Source of the DNA: Candidatus Omnitrophota bacterium
GTDB taxonomy: Bacteria; Omnitrophota; Gorgyraeia; JAZDFF01
Assembly: GCA_043808095.1 (NCBI GenBank)
Contig: JAZDFF010000020.1
Coordinates: forward strand, 26,624 to 90,623
Direction of reading: 5' to 3'
Length of the DNA stretch: 64,000 nucleotides
In this document: positions 29,851 to 39,728 of the stretch, piece after piece
Numbering within the stretch: the first letter of the stretch is position 1
Layout of the letters: each line of letters starts with the position of its first letter
Translations under genes and position numbers: made by a program
The notes under the pieces: generated by a model
Told to the model about the DNA's origin: nothing
What the model saw: the letters and a program-made list of their open reading frames with translations, nothing else
The model's database searches: none

Positions 29851-31533
29851 TTGTTGAGAGAAGTAAAATGTAATCTCTGCGGTTTTAATAAGTATCAGGT
29901 ATTATTCCGCGCCAAAGGCGCCTACAAAGGCGGGATTAGTTCATATACCATTACGGATGACTCAGTGGGTAAGCACGGCCGGATAGTCAAGTGCCATAGG
30001 TGCGGCCTGGTATATGTTAATCCGCGCCCTGGCGAAGAAGAGCTGCTTTCGGCTTATAAAGAAATGAGTGATTCATCATATGCCCAGGAGGAATCAGGCA
30101 GGAGGATTTCCGCAAGGAGGACCTTGAATTTGTTAGAGAAGCTCATAAAGACAAAAGGGAGGATTCTTGATATAGGCGCGGCTTCAGGAATTTTACTCTC
30201 CGAGGCCAAATCCCGGGGCTGGCAAGTTGACGGAGTAGAGTTGTCCCAATGGGCGGTTGATTATGCAAAAAAGCACTATAATATTGATATTTTCTGTGGC
30301 CAATTGAAAGAGGCAAGATTTACCAATTCATATTTTGATGCCGTAGTGATGAAGGAGACCATAGAACACCTCCTGGACCCTAAAGAGATACTGGTTGAGG
30401 TAAGAAGAGTTTTAAAACCCAATGGTATTCTCTGTGTGAATACGCCTGATATTGACAGCCGAATAAGCCGGTTTCTTAAGGCAAGATGGTGGGGGATAAA
30501 GCAGGAGCACATTTTTTATTTTACGCGTAAGACCTTACTAAAGATGCTCGAATCTTGCGGCTTTAAGCCTCTTCGCCTGCGGGGATGTTCGCGTACTTTT
30601 TCTTTTAGATACTGGCTGGATAGGTTTGGTTCTTATAACCGGATAATCTTTAATATTATGAATTTCTTTGTAAAAAATCTGAGTCTTGAAAATTTCCTTG
30701 TAAGTATAAATTTCGCGGATCAGATTGAAGTCTTTGTCAGAAAAAGCCGTAAACTTGAATTTGTCAGTGAGCTGGAGTCCAGGCCGGAGGTCTTAAAAAA
30801 CAAAAGGATGAAAAAGATTGTGGTTTTACCAGCCTATAATGCAGCCAGGACCTTAGAGATGACTCTTAGGGATATTCCCAGAGAGATTATCGATGAGATT
30901 ATCCTGGTTGATGATGTAAGCACTGATAATACGGTTGAGATTGCCCAGAAACTCGGCCTTAAAGTTATCCGGCATAATAAAAATATGGGCTATGGAGCAA
31001 ACCAGAAAACCTGTTATACTAAGGCCCTTTCAATGGGCGCGGATATTGTGGTGATGGTCCATCCGGATTATCAATATGACCCGACGGTAATTCCTCATTT
31101 GATTGAGCCGATTGAAAAAGGTAATGCTGACGCGGTATTCGGTTCGCGGATGATGAAGGGTGGGGCCCTCGAAGGGGGGATGCCGCTCTGGAAGCATAAT
31201 GCCAATATCCTGTTGACCGCCTTAGAGAATGTGATTCTCGGGACATATCTATCCGAATATCATTCAGGCTTTAGGGCCTACAGTGCCCAATATTTAAGGA
31301 CGGTTAACTTTATGGCTAATTCTGATGGTTTTGTCTTTGATACCGAGATAATCGTTCAGGGCGTGTTGCACTATTTAAAGATAGAAGAGATACCTATTCG
31401 CACCCGTTACTTTGACGAGGCCTCTTCGATTAAATTTTTGCCTTCAGTAATTTATGGCTTCGGCATATTAAAAACGCTCCTAAAATATCTCTTGCATACC
31501 AGGGGAATTATCCGGTTTAAACAATTCAAATAG
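29851..31533 (+). CDS. fusion protein: N-terminal Zn-ribbon + class-I SAM methyltransferase, C-terminal GT2 glycosyltransferase (polyprenyl-phosphate hexose synthase-like)
   Basis: CxxC..CxxC followed by the DIGAASG SAM-binding motif. The C-terminal half has GT-A motifs (VLPAYNAA, LVDDVSTDNT, DAD) resembling ArnC/GtrB/DPM synthases. A TTG/GTG start is possible. Confidence 0.65.
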   Translation: MLREVKCNLCGFNKYQVLFRAKGAYKGGISSYTITDDSVGKHGRIVKCHRCGLVYVNPRPGEEELLSAYKEMSDSSYAQEESGRRISARRTLNLLEKLIKTKGRILDIGAASGILLSEAKSRGWQVDGVELSQWAVDYAKKHYNIDIFCGQLKEARFTNSYFDAVVMKETIEHLLDPKEILVEVRRVLKPNGILCVNTPDIDSRISRFLKARWWGIKQEHIFYFTRKTLLKMLESCGFKPLRLRGCSRTFSFRYWLDRFGSYNRIIFNIMNFFVKNLSLENFLVSINFADQIEVFVRKSRKLEFVSELESRPEVLKNKRMKKIVVLPAYNAARTLEMTLRDIPREIIDEIILVDDVSTDNTVEIAQKLGLKVIRHNKNMGYGANQKTCYTKALSMGADIVVMVHPDYQYDPTVIPHLIEPIEKGNADAVFGSRMMKGGALEGGMPLWKHNANILLTALENVILGTYLSEYHSGFRAYSAQYLRTVNFMANSDGFVFDTEIIVQGVLHYLKIEEIPIRTRYFDEASSIKFLPSVIYGFGILKTLLKYLLHTRGIIRFKQFK

Positions 31534-31540
31534 TAAAATT

Positions 31541-31573
31541 CCATGGTCTCTCCAGACCATGGCTTCTTTTCTT
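31541..31573 (+). terminator. rho-independent terminator
   Basis: The hairpin ccatggtct-ctcc-agaccatgg is followed by cttcttttctt. Confidence 0.6.
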
Positions 31574-31676
31574 CCGGGTTTCCCGACGTTTCGCTTCGCT
31601 TCAGTCGGGATACCCCGACCCCCTACGAGAAGTCGGGGTGTCGGGGTAAAAAGCACGATTAAGGAAACTCGCAATT

Positions 31677-32867
31677 ATGAAAATTAATTTTAAACCCATT
31701 TTTTTAATACTTTTTATTGCGCTTATTGTCCGAATGATTCCTGTTGTATTTGGTTCAGACCAAAATGCCGACATAATGCTATATAAAAAACAGGCGTATC
31801 CCGTGCTTAATCATTTAAATATCTATAAAGTAACGCACAAAGTCTTTCCTTATTGCCCTATTTCTATGTTTCTGCCTGCTGCCTGTCTTATTATTTCTGA
31901 CCTTTTTGGATTACCGTTTCATATAACTATAAAATTACCCGCTATCCTGGCAGATGCATTGATTGCGGTATCGATTTATCTTATCATGCTAAAGATGAAG
32001 GAGAAAAATGCCCTATTCTGGGCATTATTATATGCCTTAAATCCAGTATCTATTCTTATTAGCGCATTTCATGGAAATATTATGCCTTTGCCGGCCCTAT
32101 TTACCTTATTGGCTTATAGCGTATTATTATTTGGCGTCGATAAAAATTACCGTCTTTCAGCACTATTGCTGGGACTGGCGATAGGCCTAAGGGGTTATCC
32201 CCTGTTGCTCCTTCCATTATTTCTTGTTAAAATGCAGATTTCTTTTAAAAGAAAAATAATTTATCTAATCTATTGTTTATTACCAGTTATATTGGCGTTT
32301 ATCCCGTTTTTAATTTTAGATTACGGGTCTGTTATTAAAGAGGTATTTAATTACAGCGGGGGTATGGATTACGGTTTTGGGGCCTTTATGAGGACGTTAT
32401 ACTCGCTGAAATTAAATATGCTGATTTATGAACCGATTAGGCCAGACAGAGCAAGTCAGGAATTATTTGAGATAACAAAGTTTATATTTATGCTGGTTTA
32501 TTTTGTATTATTGTCATTTTCTAGAAAGAGAAAATTGATTGATTCCATAGTTTTAACTTTTCTGGCATTTTATGTTATCTATGTAGGCGTAGCTTCTCAG
32601 TATCTTATTTGGATATTGCCCTTTGCATTCCTGATGAGAGACAGATTTCTTTATCTGTTCATTATTTTTGCCTCAGGCGCTTTAATTAATTTTTATTTAA
32701 CGTTCTATCCGAAAATAATCTTTGGAATTTTCAACGTTATGAATTTTAATTTACATTGTCTTTTATTAGGCCGGTCAATCCTACTTTTTTCTTTATGGTC
32801 TATATGTATTATATGGATGTTATCTTTAATTAGAAAAAAACAGACCGAGAAAGGCCTTCTTATCTAA
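31677..32867 (+). CDS. polytopic membrane protein, GT87/DUF2029-like glycosyltransferase candidate
   Basis: About 11 TM helices; the overall architecture resembles polyprenol-phosphate-dependent mannosyltransferase-like (DUF2029) proteins. Confidence 0.4.
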   Translation: MKINFKPIFLILFIALIVRMIPVVFGSDQNADIMLYKKQAYPVLNHLNIYKVTHKVFPYCPISMFLPAACLIISDLFGLPFHITIKLPAILADALIAVSIYLIMLKMKEKNALFWALLYALNPVSILISAFHGNIMPLPALFTLLAYSVLLFGVDKNYRLSALLLGLAIGLRGYPLLLLPLFLVKMQISFKRKIIYLIYCLLPVILAFIPFLILDYGSVIKEVFNYSGGMDYGFGAFMRTLYSLKLNMLIYEPIRPDRASQELFEITKFIFMLVYFVLLSFSRKRKLIDSIVLTFLAFYVIYVGVASQYLIWILPFAFLMRDRFLYLFIIFASGALINFYLTFYPKIIFGIFNVMNFNLHCLLLGRSILLFSLWSICIIWMLSLIRKKQTEKGLLI

Positions 32868-33101
32868 AAATGAACAGCCCTTCACGAAATTAACCTAAGG
32901 GCTGGACGAATTTTGTGAAGCCCTATAAAAATGAATAAAGTGATTACTTACATAATTAAAGGTCTGATCAATTCAAGATTATCTGAAAAAGTTATTTATT
33001 GCTTTTATATCCTTTTTTATATATTCGAAGTGATATTTGTCCTAAATATTCCAAGATAATCCTTTTTGATTACTTAAGGTGTTCTAAGAATCGCCTCAAA
33101 A

Positions 33102-35900
33102 ATGAATGACCAAGCCTATATCATTATTAAAAACGCCAAAGAGCATAATCTCAAGAATATAGACCTGAGGTTGCCGCGAAATAAGCTTATTGTAATTACT
33201 GGGCTTTCAGGTTCAGGCAAGTCTAGCCTTGCCTTTGATACGATATATGCCGAAGGCCAGCGCAGATACGTTGAGAGCCTTTCTGCCTATGCCCGCCAGT
33301 TTTTAGAACAGCTCCAAAAGCCTGATGTAGAGAATATTGAAGGGCTTTCACCGGCCATAGCCATTGAGCAAAGAACCGCAAGTTCAAATCCCCGTTCTAC
33401 AGTTGGCACCCAGACAGAGATCTATGATTATTTAAGGCTGCTTTTTGCCCGCATCGGAACGATTTATTGTCACAAATGCGGCCAGGCCGTAAAGAGGCAA
33501 TCTTCCCAGGAGATTGTCCGAAAGGTATTGGCCTTACCAGAGGGCTCCAAGATTGAGGTCCTGGCCCCGGTAGTCCGTGGACGCAAAGGCCAATATCAGG
33601 AATTATTTAGCCAGATCCGAAAAGACGGGTTTTTGCGGGTGAGGGTAGACGCTAAATCCCATGAATTACGAGAGGAGATCAAGTTAGACAAATATAAAAT
33701 TCATAATATTGAGATAGTTGTAGATAGATTGGTCATTGATCCCAGGATTAAAAAACGCCTTACCGACTCAATCGAGACGGCGTTGAAAGTAGGTAAGTCG
33801 ATAGTAATGATTAGCCAGGCAGGTTCTCGAAAGAAAGACTTGATTTTTAGTGAAGTATATTCCTGCGCACGATGCGGAATTAATTATACAGAAGTCGAAC
33901 CCCGGATATTTTCTTTTAATTCGCCTTACGGGGCCTGTCCCAGTTGCAACGGCCTAGGGACCAAGATGGAGATTGACCTTGATTTAGTCATCCCGGACAA
34001 AAACAAAAGCATTCAAGATGGAGCAATCGAGGCCTGGCGCAGGGGCGGCAGAGGCTACATCCTTTATTACAGAAGTCTATTGCGCGAACTTTCCTATCGA
34101 TTGGGATTTAGTTTGGATACTGCGTTTAACAAGTTGCCTAAAAATATTCAAGATAGCATACTCTTTGGATGCCATGAAGAGATCTGGGGCAAGGAGTTTG
34201 AAGGGGTTATTCCTAATTTAGAAAGGCTATTTCACCAGACTAAGAGCGATTTTTTAAAAGAGGAGATTTCAAAATTGATGTCTAGCCTTCCTTGTCCTGA
34301 TTGTAACGGCTGCCGGTTGAAAAAAGAGAGCCTGTCCATAAAAATTAATAATCTTTCCATCTGGGGCGTTTCTCATATGTCCATAAAACAGGCCTATGAT
34401 TTTTTCTCTAATTTAAAACTCACGGATAAAGAACAACAGATTGCCAGGCAAGTTTTAAAAGAGATAGTCAACAGGCTAACTTTTTGTATTGATGTGGGTT
34501 TAGATTATTTGACCCTGGACAGGAAAAGCAGCACACTTTCAGGAGGCGAGGCCCAGAGGATTAGGCTGGCTACGCAGGTCGGCTCTCGTCTTGTAGGGGT
34601 AATCTATATATTGGATGAACCGAGTATCGGACTGCATCAAAAAGACAATCAAAAATTGCTACTTACCTTAAAGATGCTGCGCGATTTGGGCAACACGGTT
34701 TTGGTGGTTGAGCATGACGAGGCAACCATAAGGGCCGCTGACTATATTGTGGATTTAGGGCCAGGCGCAGGCGCCTTGGGCGGGGAGGTGCTTTACGAAG
34801 GGCCTTTAGAGGGCTTGTTAAAATCAACTGACTCTTTAACAGGGAAATACTTGAGAGGCGAACTTAAAATCGGGATTCCTGCACGACGAAAGCTCAGCAT
34901 TCGAAAGTTCCTTTTGATAAAGGGTGCCAGAGAACACAACCTAAAGAATATTGATGTCAGAATTCCCTTGGGTGCTTTTGTCTGCTGTTGCGGTGTCTCA
35001 GGCTCAGGAAAGTCCACATTAATAGATGAGATACTCTATCGTGGGCTTTGCAGGCTACTCTATAAATCCAAAGTTAAACCAGGCGCTCATGATCAAATTT
35101 TAGGCCATGAATTTATTGACAAGGTTATTGTGGTAGACCAGTCTCCTATTGGTAGGACGCCGCGTTCAAACCCGGTAACCTACACCGGAGTTTTCGCACC
35201 TATAAGAGAATTATTCAACCAATTACCCCAGGCACGTCTTAGGGGGTATAAACCCGGAAGGTTTAGTTTTAATGTCAAAGGCGGAAGATGCGAGGAGTGT
35301 TTAGGAGACGGGATTAAAAAAATAGAGATGCACTTTTTACCTGATGTCTATGTAAGGTGCGAGGTCTGCAAGGGTCAAAGATTTAATGAACAGACCTTAG
35401 AGGTAAAATTTAAAGGCAGGTCCATCGCTGATGTCTTAGATATGTCTGTGGACGAGGCGCTGGTTTTGTTTGAGAATATACCCAAGGTAAAATCGATTTT
35501 GTCTACCTTAAGCGATGTGGGGTTGGGTTATATAAAATTGGGCCAGTCTGCTACGACTCTTTCCGGAGGAGAGGCGCAAAGAGTAAAATTAGCCGAGCAA
35601 CTATGCCGGCGTTCAACCGGTAGGACCGTTTACATCCTTGATGAACCTACTACGGGATTACATTTTGCCGATGTTGATAAGCTATTAATTGTTTTACATA
35701 GACTTGTCGAATCGGGCAATACGGTTATTGTCATAGAGCACAATCTCGAAGTCATAAAGTCCTGTGATTATGTTATTGATCTTGGCCCAGACGGAGGCGA
35801 AGCTGGCGGAAGGCTCCTGGCAAGCGGCCCACCAGAGGATATTGCTAAACACAAAACTTCTTACACCGGCCAGTATCTAAAAAAGGTATTGAAGAAATAA
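33102..35900 (+). CDS. uvrA: excinuclease ABC subunit A
   Basis: 932 aa with two ABC ATPase modules ([21 protein letters not shown]) and the Zn-finger CxxC pairs. Confidence 0.92.
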   Translation: MNDQAYIIIKNAKEHNLKNIDLRLPRNKLIVITGLSGSGKSSLAFDTIYAEGQRRYVESLSAYARQFLEQLQKPDVENIEGLSPAIAIEQRTASSNPRSTVGTQTEIYDYLRLLFARIGTIYCHKCGQAVKRQSSQEIVRKVLALPEGSKIEVLAPVVRGRKGQYQELFSQIRKDGFLRVRVDAKSHELREEIKLDKYKIHNIEIVVDRLVIDPRIKKRLTDSIETALKVGKSIVMISQAGSRKKDLIFSEVYSCARCGINYTEVEPRIFSFNSPYGACPSCNGLGTKMEIDLDLVIPDKNKSIQDGAIEAWRRGGRGYILYYRSLLRELSYRLGFSLDTAFNKLPKNIQDSILFGCHEEIWGKEFEGVIPNLERLFHQTKSDFLKEEISKLMSSLPCPDCNGCRLKKESLSIKINNLSIWGVSHMSIKQAYDFFSNLKLTDKEQQIARQVLKEIVNRLTFCIDVGLDYLTLDRKSSTLSGGEAQRIRLATQVGSRLVGVIYILDEPSIGLHQKDNQKLLLTLKMLRDLGNTVLVVEHDEATIRAADYIVDLGPGAGALGGEVLYEGPLEGLLKSTDSLTGKYLRGELKIGIPARRKLSIRKFLLIKGAREHNLKNIDVRIPLGAFVCCCGVSGSGKSTLIDEILYRGLCRLLYKSKVKPGAHDQILGHEFIDKVIVVDQSPIGRTPRSNPVTYTGVFAPIRELFNQLPQARLRGYKPGRFSFNVKGGRCEECLGDGIKKIEMHFLPDVYVRCEVCKGQRFNEQTLEVKFKGRSIADVLDMSVDEALVLFENIPKVKSILSTLSDVGLGYIKLGQSATTLSGGEAQRVKLAEQLCRRSTGRTVYILDEPTTGLHFADVDKLLIVLHRLVESGNTVIVIEHNLEVIKSCDYVIDLGPDGGEAGGRLLASGPPEDIAKHKTSYTGQYLKKVLKK

Positions 35901-35941
35901 ATCCTAGATGTTATATTACTTACAAATTTATTGAAAAAGCA

Positions 35942-38395
35942 ATGGGAATAAAAAAAATAATTATTTTAGTTTTAGTGAGCGGATTTTGGTTATTGCAGCC
36001 GGCTGTCTCTTGCGCTGCCGACAAACAAGAGGAAGATTTTTTTGTGGCGCAAAAGGCGTTTTCCGATGGTTTTTACGAGCTGGCACTTGAATCAATTGGT
36101 AATTTTTTAAAGTCCTATCCCAATAGTCCAAAGATTTTTGAGGCCTACTTTCTTAGAGGTAAGTGCCTGCTTTATCAAGAAAAATATTCTGAGGCCTTTC
36201 TTGAATTTGAAAGACTAAAAGATTTACCTGGTTCGCAAAATTTTAAGGACGCGATTGGTTATTGGTCGGCTGAGACGTATTTTAAAAGCGGGAATTTAAA
36301 AGAGGCAAAAAAACTATACGAAGGACTAATCAAAAATTTCCCTCAATCAAGTTATGTGCCTTTTGTTTATTATTCTCTTGGCTGGTCTTTTTTCCAAGAG
36401 GATAATTTCCCCGAAGCCTTAAAGTATCTTAAAAAAATAAGGGAGCAATTTCCTAATCATGATCTTGCAGAAGATGCTGAAATTAAAATCTGCGAGTCAT
36501 TCTACAATCTTAAAGACTACACCAATCTTAGAAACACCTTAACCCGTTTTTTGAAAGAATATCCGCGCTCCTTGAAAAAATCACAGGCCTTGTTTTATTT
36601 AGCCGAGTCCGAATATTATTTAGGAGATTATTCTAACGCAATTAATGATTACCTGCGTACTATCGAGGCTTCAAAAGGCTCTTCTAGGAAATATTTGACA
36701 GATTTGGCTAAGCTTGGCATAGGCTGGTGTTATATCAAGCTTAACAATTTAACCAAGGCCCAAAACTACTTAAATCAGTTATCTTCGGACCTGGCGTTTT
36801 TGGCCAAAGCCACCTTATTTACTAATCAAAAGGAATATGAAAAGGCCTTAGGCCTCTACGAAGAACTTATTAAAGAATTTCCGAATTCAAGCTGTATAAT
36901 TGAGGCACTTCTTGGCAAGGCGGATTGTCTTTATGAGCTAAACAAATCACAAGAGTCCATTTCAGTTTATCAAGAGGTCTTAGAAAGAATCCAAAAATTG
37001 CCTTCCGAGGCAAGGGATCTATTGGATAAAGTGCATAATGGCCTGGCAGCAGTTTATTTAAAATTAGGCCGCTATAAAGAGGCTGTTTTAGAGTTGGAGG
37101 ATTTGGCCCAGAACTCCCAAGATAAAATAGTCAGGTTAAGCGCAATGTGCCGGATTGCAGATACCCTTAGGCATAATTCCCAATTTCAGGAGGCGGTTAA
37201 AACATATAATCAGATTCTTAAGGATTTTCCGAATAATTCTTATTCTGATTATCTCCAATATCATTTGGGTTTAACCCTGATAGAGCTAGGCCAATACGAT
37301 GAGGCACTTAATGCCTTTGGTAGTCTGATTGCTAATTTTCCTAACAGCGGGTTATTCGAGGAGGCGCATTTTCAATTAGGCATGGTCTATTTTAAAAAGG
37401 GAGATTTTTTAGAGGCAAAAGATCTTTTTCATGATTTTTCTATTAAATTTAACAACAGTCCTTTAAAGAATGAAGCATTATATCTTGTGGGAGAATCCTT
37501 TTATAATCTCGGTGACTATAAAGAGGCAATCAATATCTTCCAAACAATACTGAACGAAAGTCCCGAGGACTTGAAGCTTGCAGAGACTGTAGAATTTGAG
37601 ATAGCCAATATTTTAAATCAGATAGGGGAAAGCAAAGAGGCCATAAAAAGATTGAATAACTTTGTTAATAATCATCCTGATTCTGAATTGAGGCCTCAGG
37701 TTCTGTTATGGCTGGGTAGGTATTATACCGAAAATGGCGTTTTTGATATGGCCAGGAGGAATCTCTGGAAGTTAATCAGGGAACATCCTGCCAGCCAGTT
37801 TATCGATGATGCCTTCTATTACATCGGAGAGATCTATTTGTCGGAAAATAAATTCGATTTAGCACTAAGGCAATTTCAGAGGGTCTTGGAATTCGCTGAT
37901 ACCAATTTGGCCAAAGATGCGTATATGGGGATAATTGATATTTATAAAGCCAAGGATAATATTGACGGGGCTATATCTACTTGTAATGAATTAATAGCTA
38001 AGTTTCCTGATTCCAAACCAGTTGCTTTTGAAAAAAAGGCTGATGTTTATAAGGCGTTTGACCGATATCAGGAGGCGATAATCAATTATCTTAAGGCGAT
38101 AAATATTTCCTCAAGCAGCCAATTGTATTTTAAACTGGCTGATTCTTATGAAGAAAAAGGCGATCTCGAAGAGGCCATAAAGTCATATCTGGAGATTGGC
38201 GAGTTGTATCCTAAGGATACCCATTGGGTAGTTAAGGCGTATTTACGCAGCGCGCGGATTTTTGAAAATAAGCGCCAATATAGTGAGGCAGAAAATATTT
38301 ATGAAAAGCTCGCAGCGATGGATGTAGAAGAGGCAAAATTCGCAAAAGAAAAACTCTTATCTCTTAAACAGGAAATGATTAAAGGGGGCCAATAA
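35942..38395 (+). CDS. secreted tetratricopeptide-repeat protein (YbgF/Tol-Pal-like TPR array)
   Basis: Signal peptide followed by more than 15 TPR-like repeats (xxYxLGxxYxxxxxYxxAxxxF). Confidence 0.7.
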   Translation: MGIKKIIILVLVSGFWLLQPAVSCAADKQEEDFFVAQKAFSDGFYELALESIGNFLKSYPNSPKIFEAYFLRGKCLLYQEKYSEAFLEFERLKDLPGSQNFKDAIGYWSAETYFKSGNLKEAKKLYEGLIKNFPQSSYVPFVYYSLGWSFFQEDNFPEALKYLKKIREQFPNHDLAEDAEIKICESFYNLKDYTNLRNTLTRFLKEYPRSLKKSQALFYLAESEYYLGDYSNAINDYLRTIEASKGSSRKYLTDLAKLGIGWCYIKLNNLTKAQNYLNQLSSDLAFLAKATLFTNQKEYEKALGLYEELIKEFPNSSCIIEALLGKADCLYELNKSQESISVYQEVLERIQKLPSEARDLLDKVHNGLAAVYLKLGRYKEAVLELEDLAQNSQDKIVRLSAMCRIADTLRHNSQFQEAVKTYNQILKDFPNNSYSDYLQYHLGLTLIELGQYDEALNAFGSLIANFPNSGLFEEAHFQLGMVYFKKGDFLEAKDLFHDFSIKFNNSPLKNEALYLVGESFYNLGDYKEAINIFQTILNESPEDLKLAETVEFEIANILNQIGESKEAIKRLNNFVNNHPDSELRPQVLLWLGRYYTENGVFDMARRNLWKLIREHPASQFIDDAFYYIGEIYLSENKFDLALRQFQRVLEFADTNLAKDAYMGIIDIYKAKDNIDGAISTCNELIAKFPDSKPVAFEKKADVYKAFDRYQEAIINYLKAINISSSSQLYFKLADSYEEKGDLEEAIKSYLEIGELYPKDTHWVVKAYLRSARIFENKRQYSEAENIYEKLAAMDVEEAKFAKEKLLSLKQEMIKGGQ

Positions 38396-38611
38396 AAAAT
38401 TTAGTTTGCAAATTAAATTAATTAAGTTATAATATCAAATGAAGCCACGACTTATAGAGCGATAGCGCCCGCCACAAATCATTGGCGGATCCGTCTAATA
38501 TTTAGTGGCGGAAACATAAATCGTGTGGTTTAATCCGCACTTATAGCTTCCGTCGCCAAAAGATTAATCGATAGCTCCGTAAGTTATGTGCTCATTAGAG
38601 GAGGCGTTTAG

Positions 38612-38815
38612 ATGATTATTGAAATTGGGATTGTAGCCGGAGATATCTGGCACTATCTGGATACTCATGGAGAGGTTGGTTTAGCCAGTATGATTACAGG
38701 CATAGATAAGCCACGGGAGTTGGTTTTAATGAGCCTAGGATGGCTGGCCAGAGAAGGCCATGTCATTTTGACCCAAGAGTCAGGAGATTACCATATCAGT
38801 CTACGTAGAGGTTGA
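38612..38815 (+). CDS. small hypothetical protein (67 aa), possibly winged-helix-like
   Basis: Strong RBS AGAGGAGG and the conserved leader module upstream. It is translationally coupled to the next ORF (TGA/ATG overlap). Confidence 0.45.
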   Translation: MIIEIGIVAGDIWHYLDTHGEVGLASMITGIDKPRELVLMSLGWLAREGHVILTQESGDYHISLRRG

Positions 38816-39148
38816 ATGGTCCACTTTAAGATAAATAATGCGGCCGTGGCCTTAGTCACTGTTATCGTGTTTGTTTTGCTTTCTACCATTATTGCTGTTG
38901 CTTTATTTTCATTGATGACTAATGAAGCCAGGCTCATAGAACATCAGATAAGGCGTATCCGGGCGATGTATGCTGCTGAATCAGGAATACAGCAGGCAAT
39001 GTGGCAGCTTCGACAAAATCCTCCTCAAGCTGTTACTAATCTCACTGTTTTTGGCTCCGTGCCTTTGGATGTAACGGTGACGGATAATCCCGGAGGCCCT
39101 TCAGGAACACGCATTATCAGTGCAACAGTCAACTACCAGGTTTTTTAA
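38816..39148 (+). CDS. PilX-like minor pilin / pilus assembly protein (PilX_N-type hydrophobic N-terminus)
   Basis: AVALVTVIVFVLLSTIIAVALFSLMTNEARL resembles the PilX N-terminal domain. Confidence 0.45.
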   Translation: MVHFKINNAAVALVTVIVFVLLSTIIAVALFSLMTNEARLIEHQIRRIRAMYAAESGIQQAMWQLRQNPPQAVTNLTVFGSVPLDVTVTDNPGGPSGTRIISATVNYQVF

Positions 39149-39466
39149 TTAATCCCTCCTAGAATTACTCTTACCAAATCAAATCCTATTCTAAATAATT
39201 TAGGCTGTCATGAAAGTCGTTCCAGCCTATGATTACAGTGATTTCTAATATGATTTCAGCGATTATCTCGACGACCTGTTTAATCGCTGTAATCCCTGAC
39301 TGTCGTCAGGCAGGTGTTTTCTTCCCGCTTTACGGGATCCCGCTGGATATTTTCTATGGTGCGGGATAATCACCGTAATCAAGGGTGGCACTTTTGTGAC
39401 GCCCTATAAATAATTAAGTTGCAAATGCTGGGTTAATAATAAAAGTAAATCTTAATAAAAAAATAC

Positions 39467-39495
39467 TTGACAAGGTAATTATATTATGTTTTAAT
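39467..39495 (+). promoter_or_regulatory. candidate sigma70 promoter (TTGACA-17-TTTAAT with TG extended -10) for the pilus operon
   Basis: Consensus -35 TTGACA at 39467-39472, TGn at 39487-39489, and the -10 hexamer about 25 nt upstream of ATG 39521. Confidence 0.45.
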
Positions 39496-39520
39496 TAAGT
39501 ATAAAAAAATATAGGTAAAT

Positions 39521-39727
39521 ATGAGTAAAATGGCAAGATTAATGGATATTGAGGAATTAGCAGACTATCTCAAGCTGCGCAAGCAGACCATCTATAATTG
39601 GCTAAACCAAAGAAAGATGTCTGGAATAAAGTTGGGAGGGGTCTGGAGATTTGATAGGAGAGAGATCGACAAATGGCTAAGATCTCAGGTCCAGAAGGCA
39701 GAAGGCGATTCTGGAGGGAGCAACTAA
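39521..39727 (+). CDS. small helix-turn-helix DNA-binding protein (excisionase/MerR-like HTH_17 type)
   Basis: MDIEELADYLKLRKQTIYNWLNQRKMSGIKLGGVWRFDRREIDKWL fits the excisionase-family HTH. It is the first gene of the pil operon. Confidence 0.6.
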   Translation: MSKMARLMDIEELADYLKLRKQTIYNWLNQRKMSGIKLGGVWRFDRREIDKWLRSQVQKAEGDSGGSN

Positions 39728-39728
39728 T

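Noticed and set aside
34018-34221. + strand 67-aa ORF inside uvrA, and 28507..28746 inside the DUF2079 gene
   Set aside because: Both are out-of-frame overlaps within long, well-supported genes, with no RBS.
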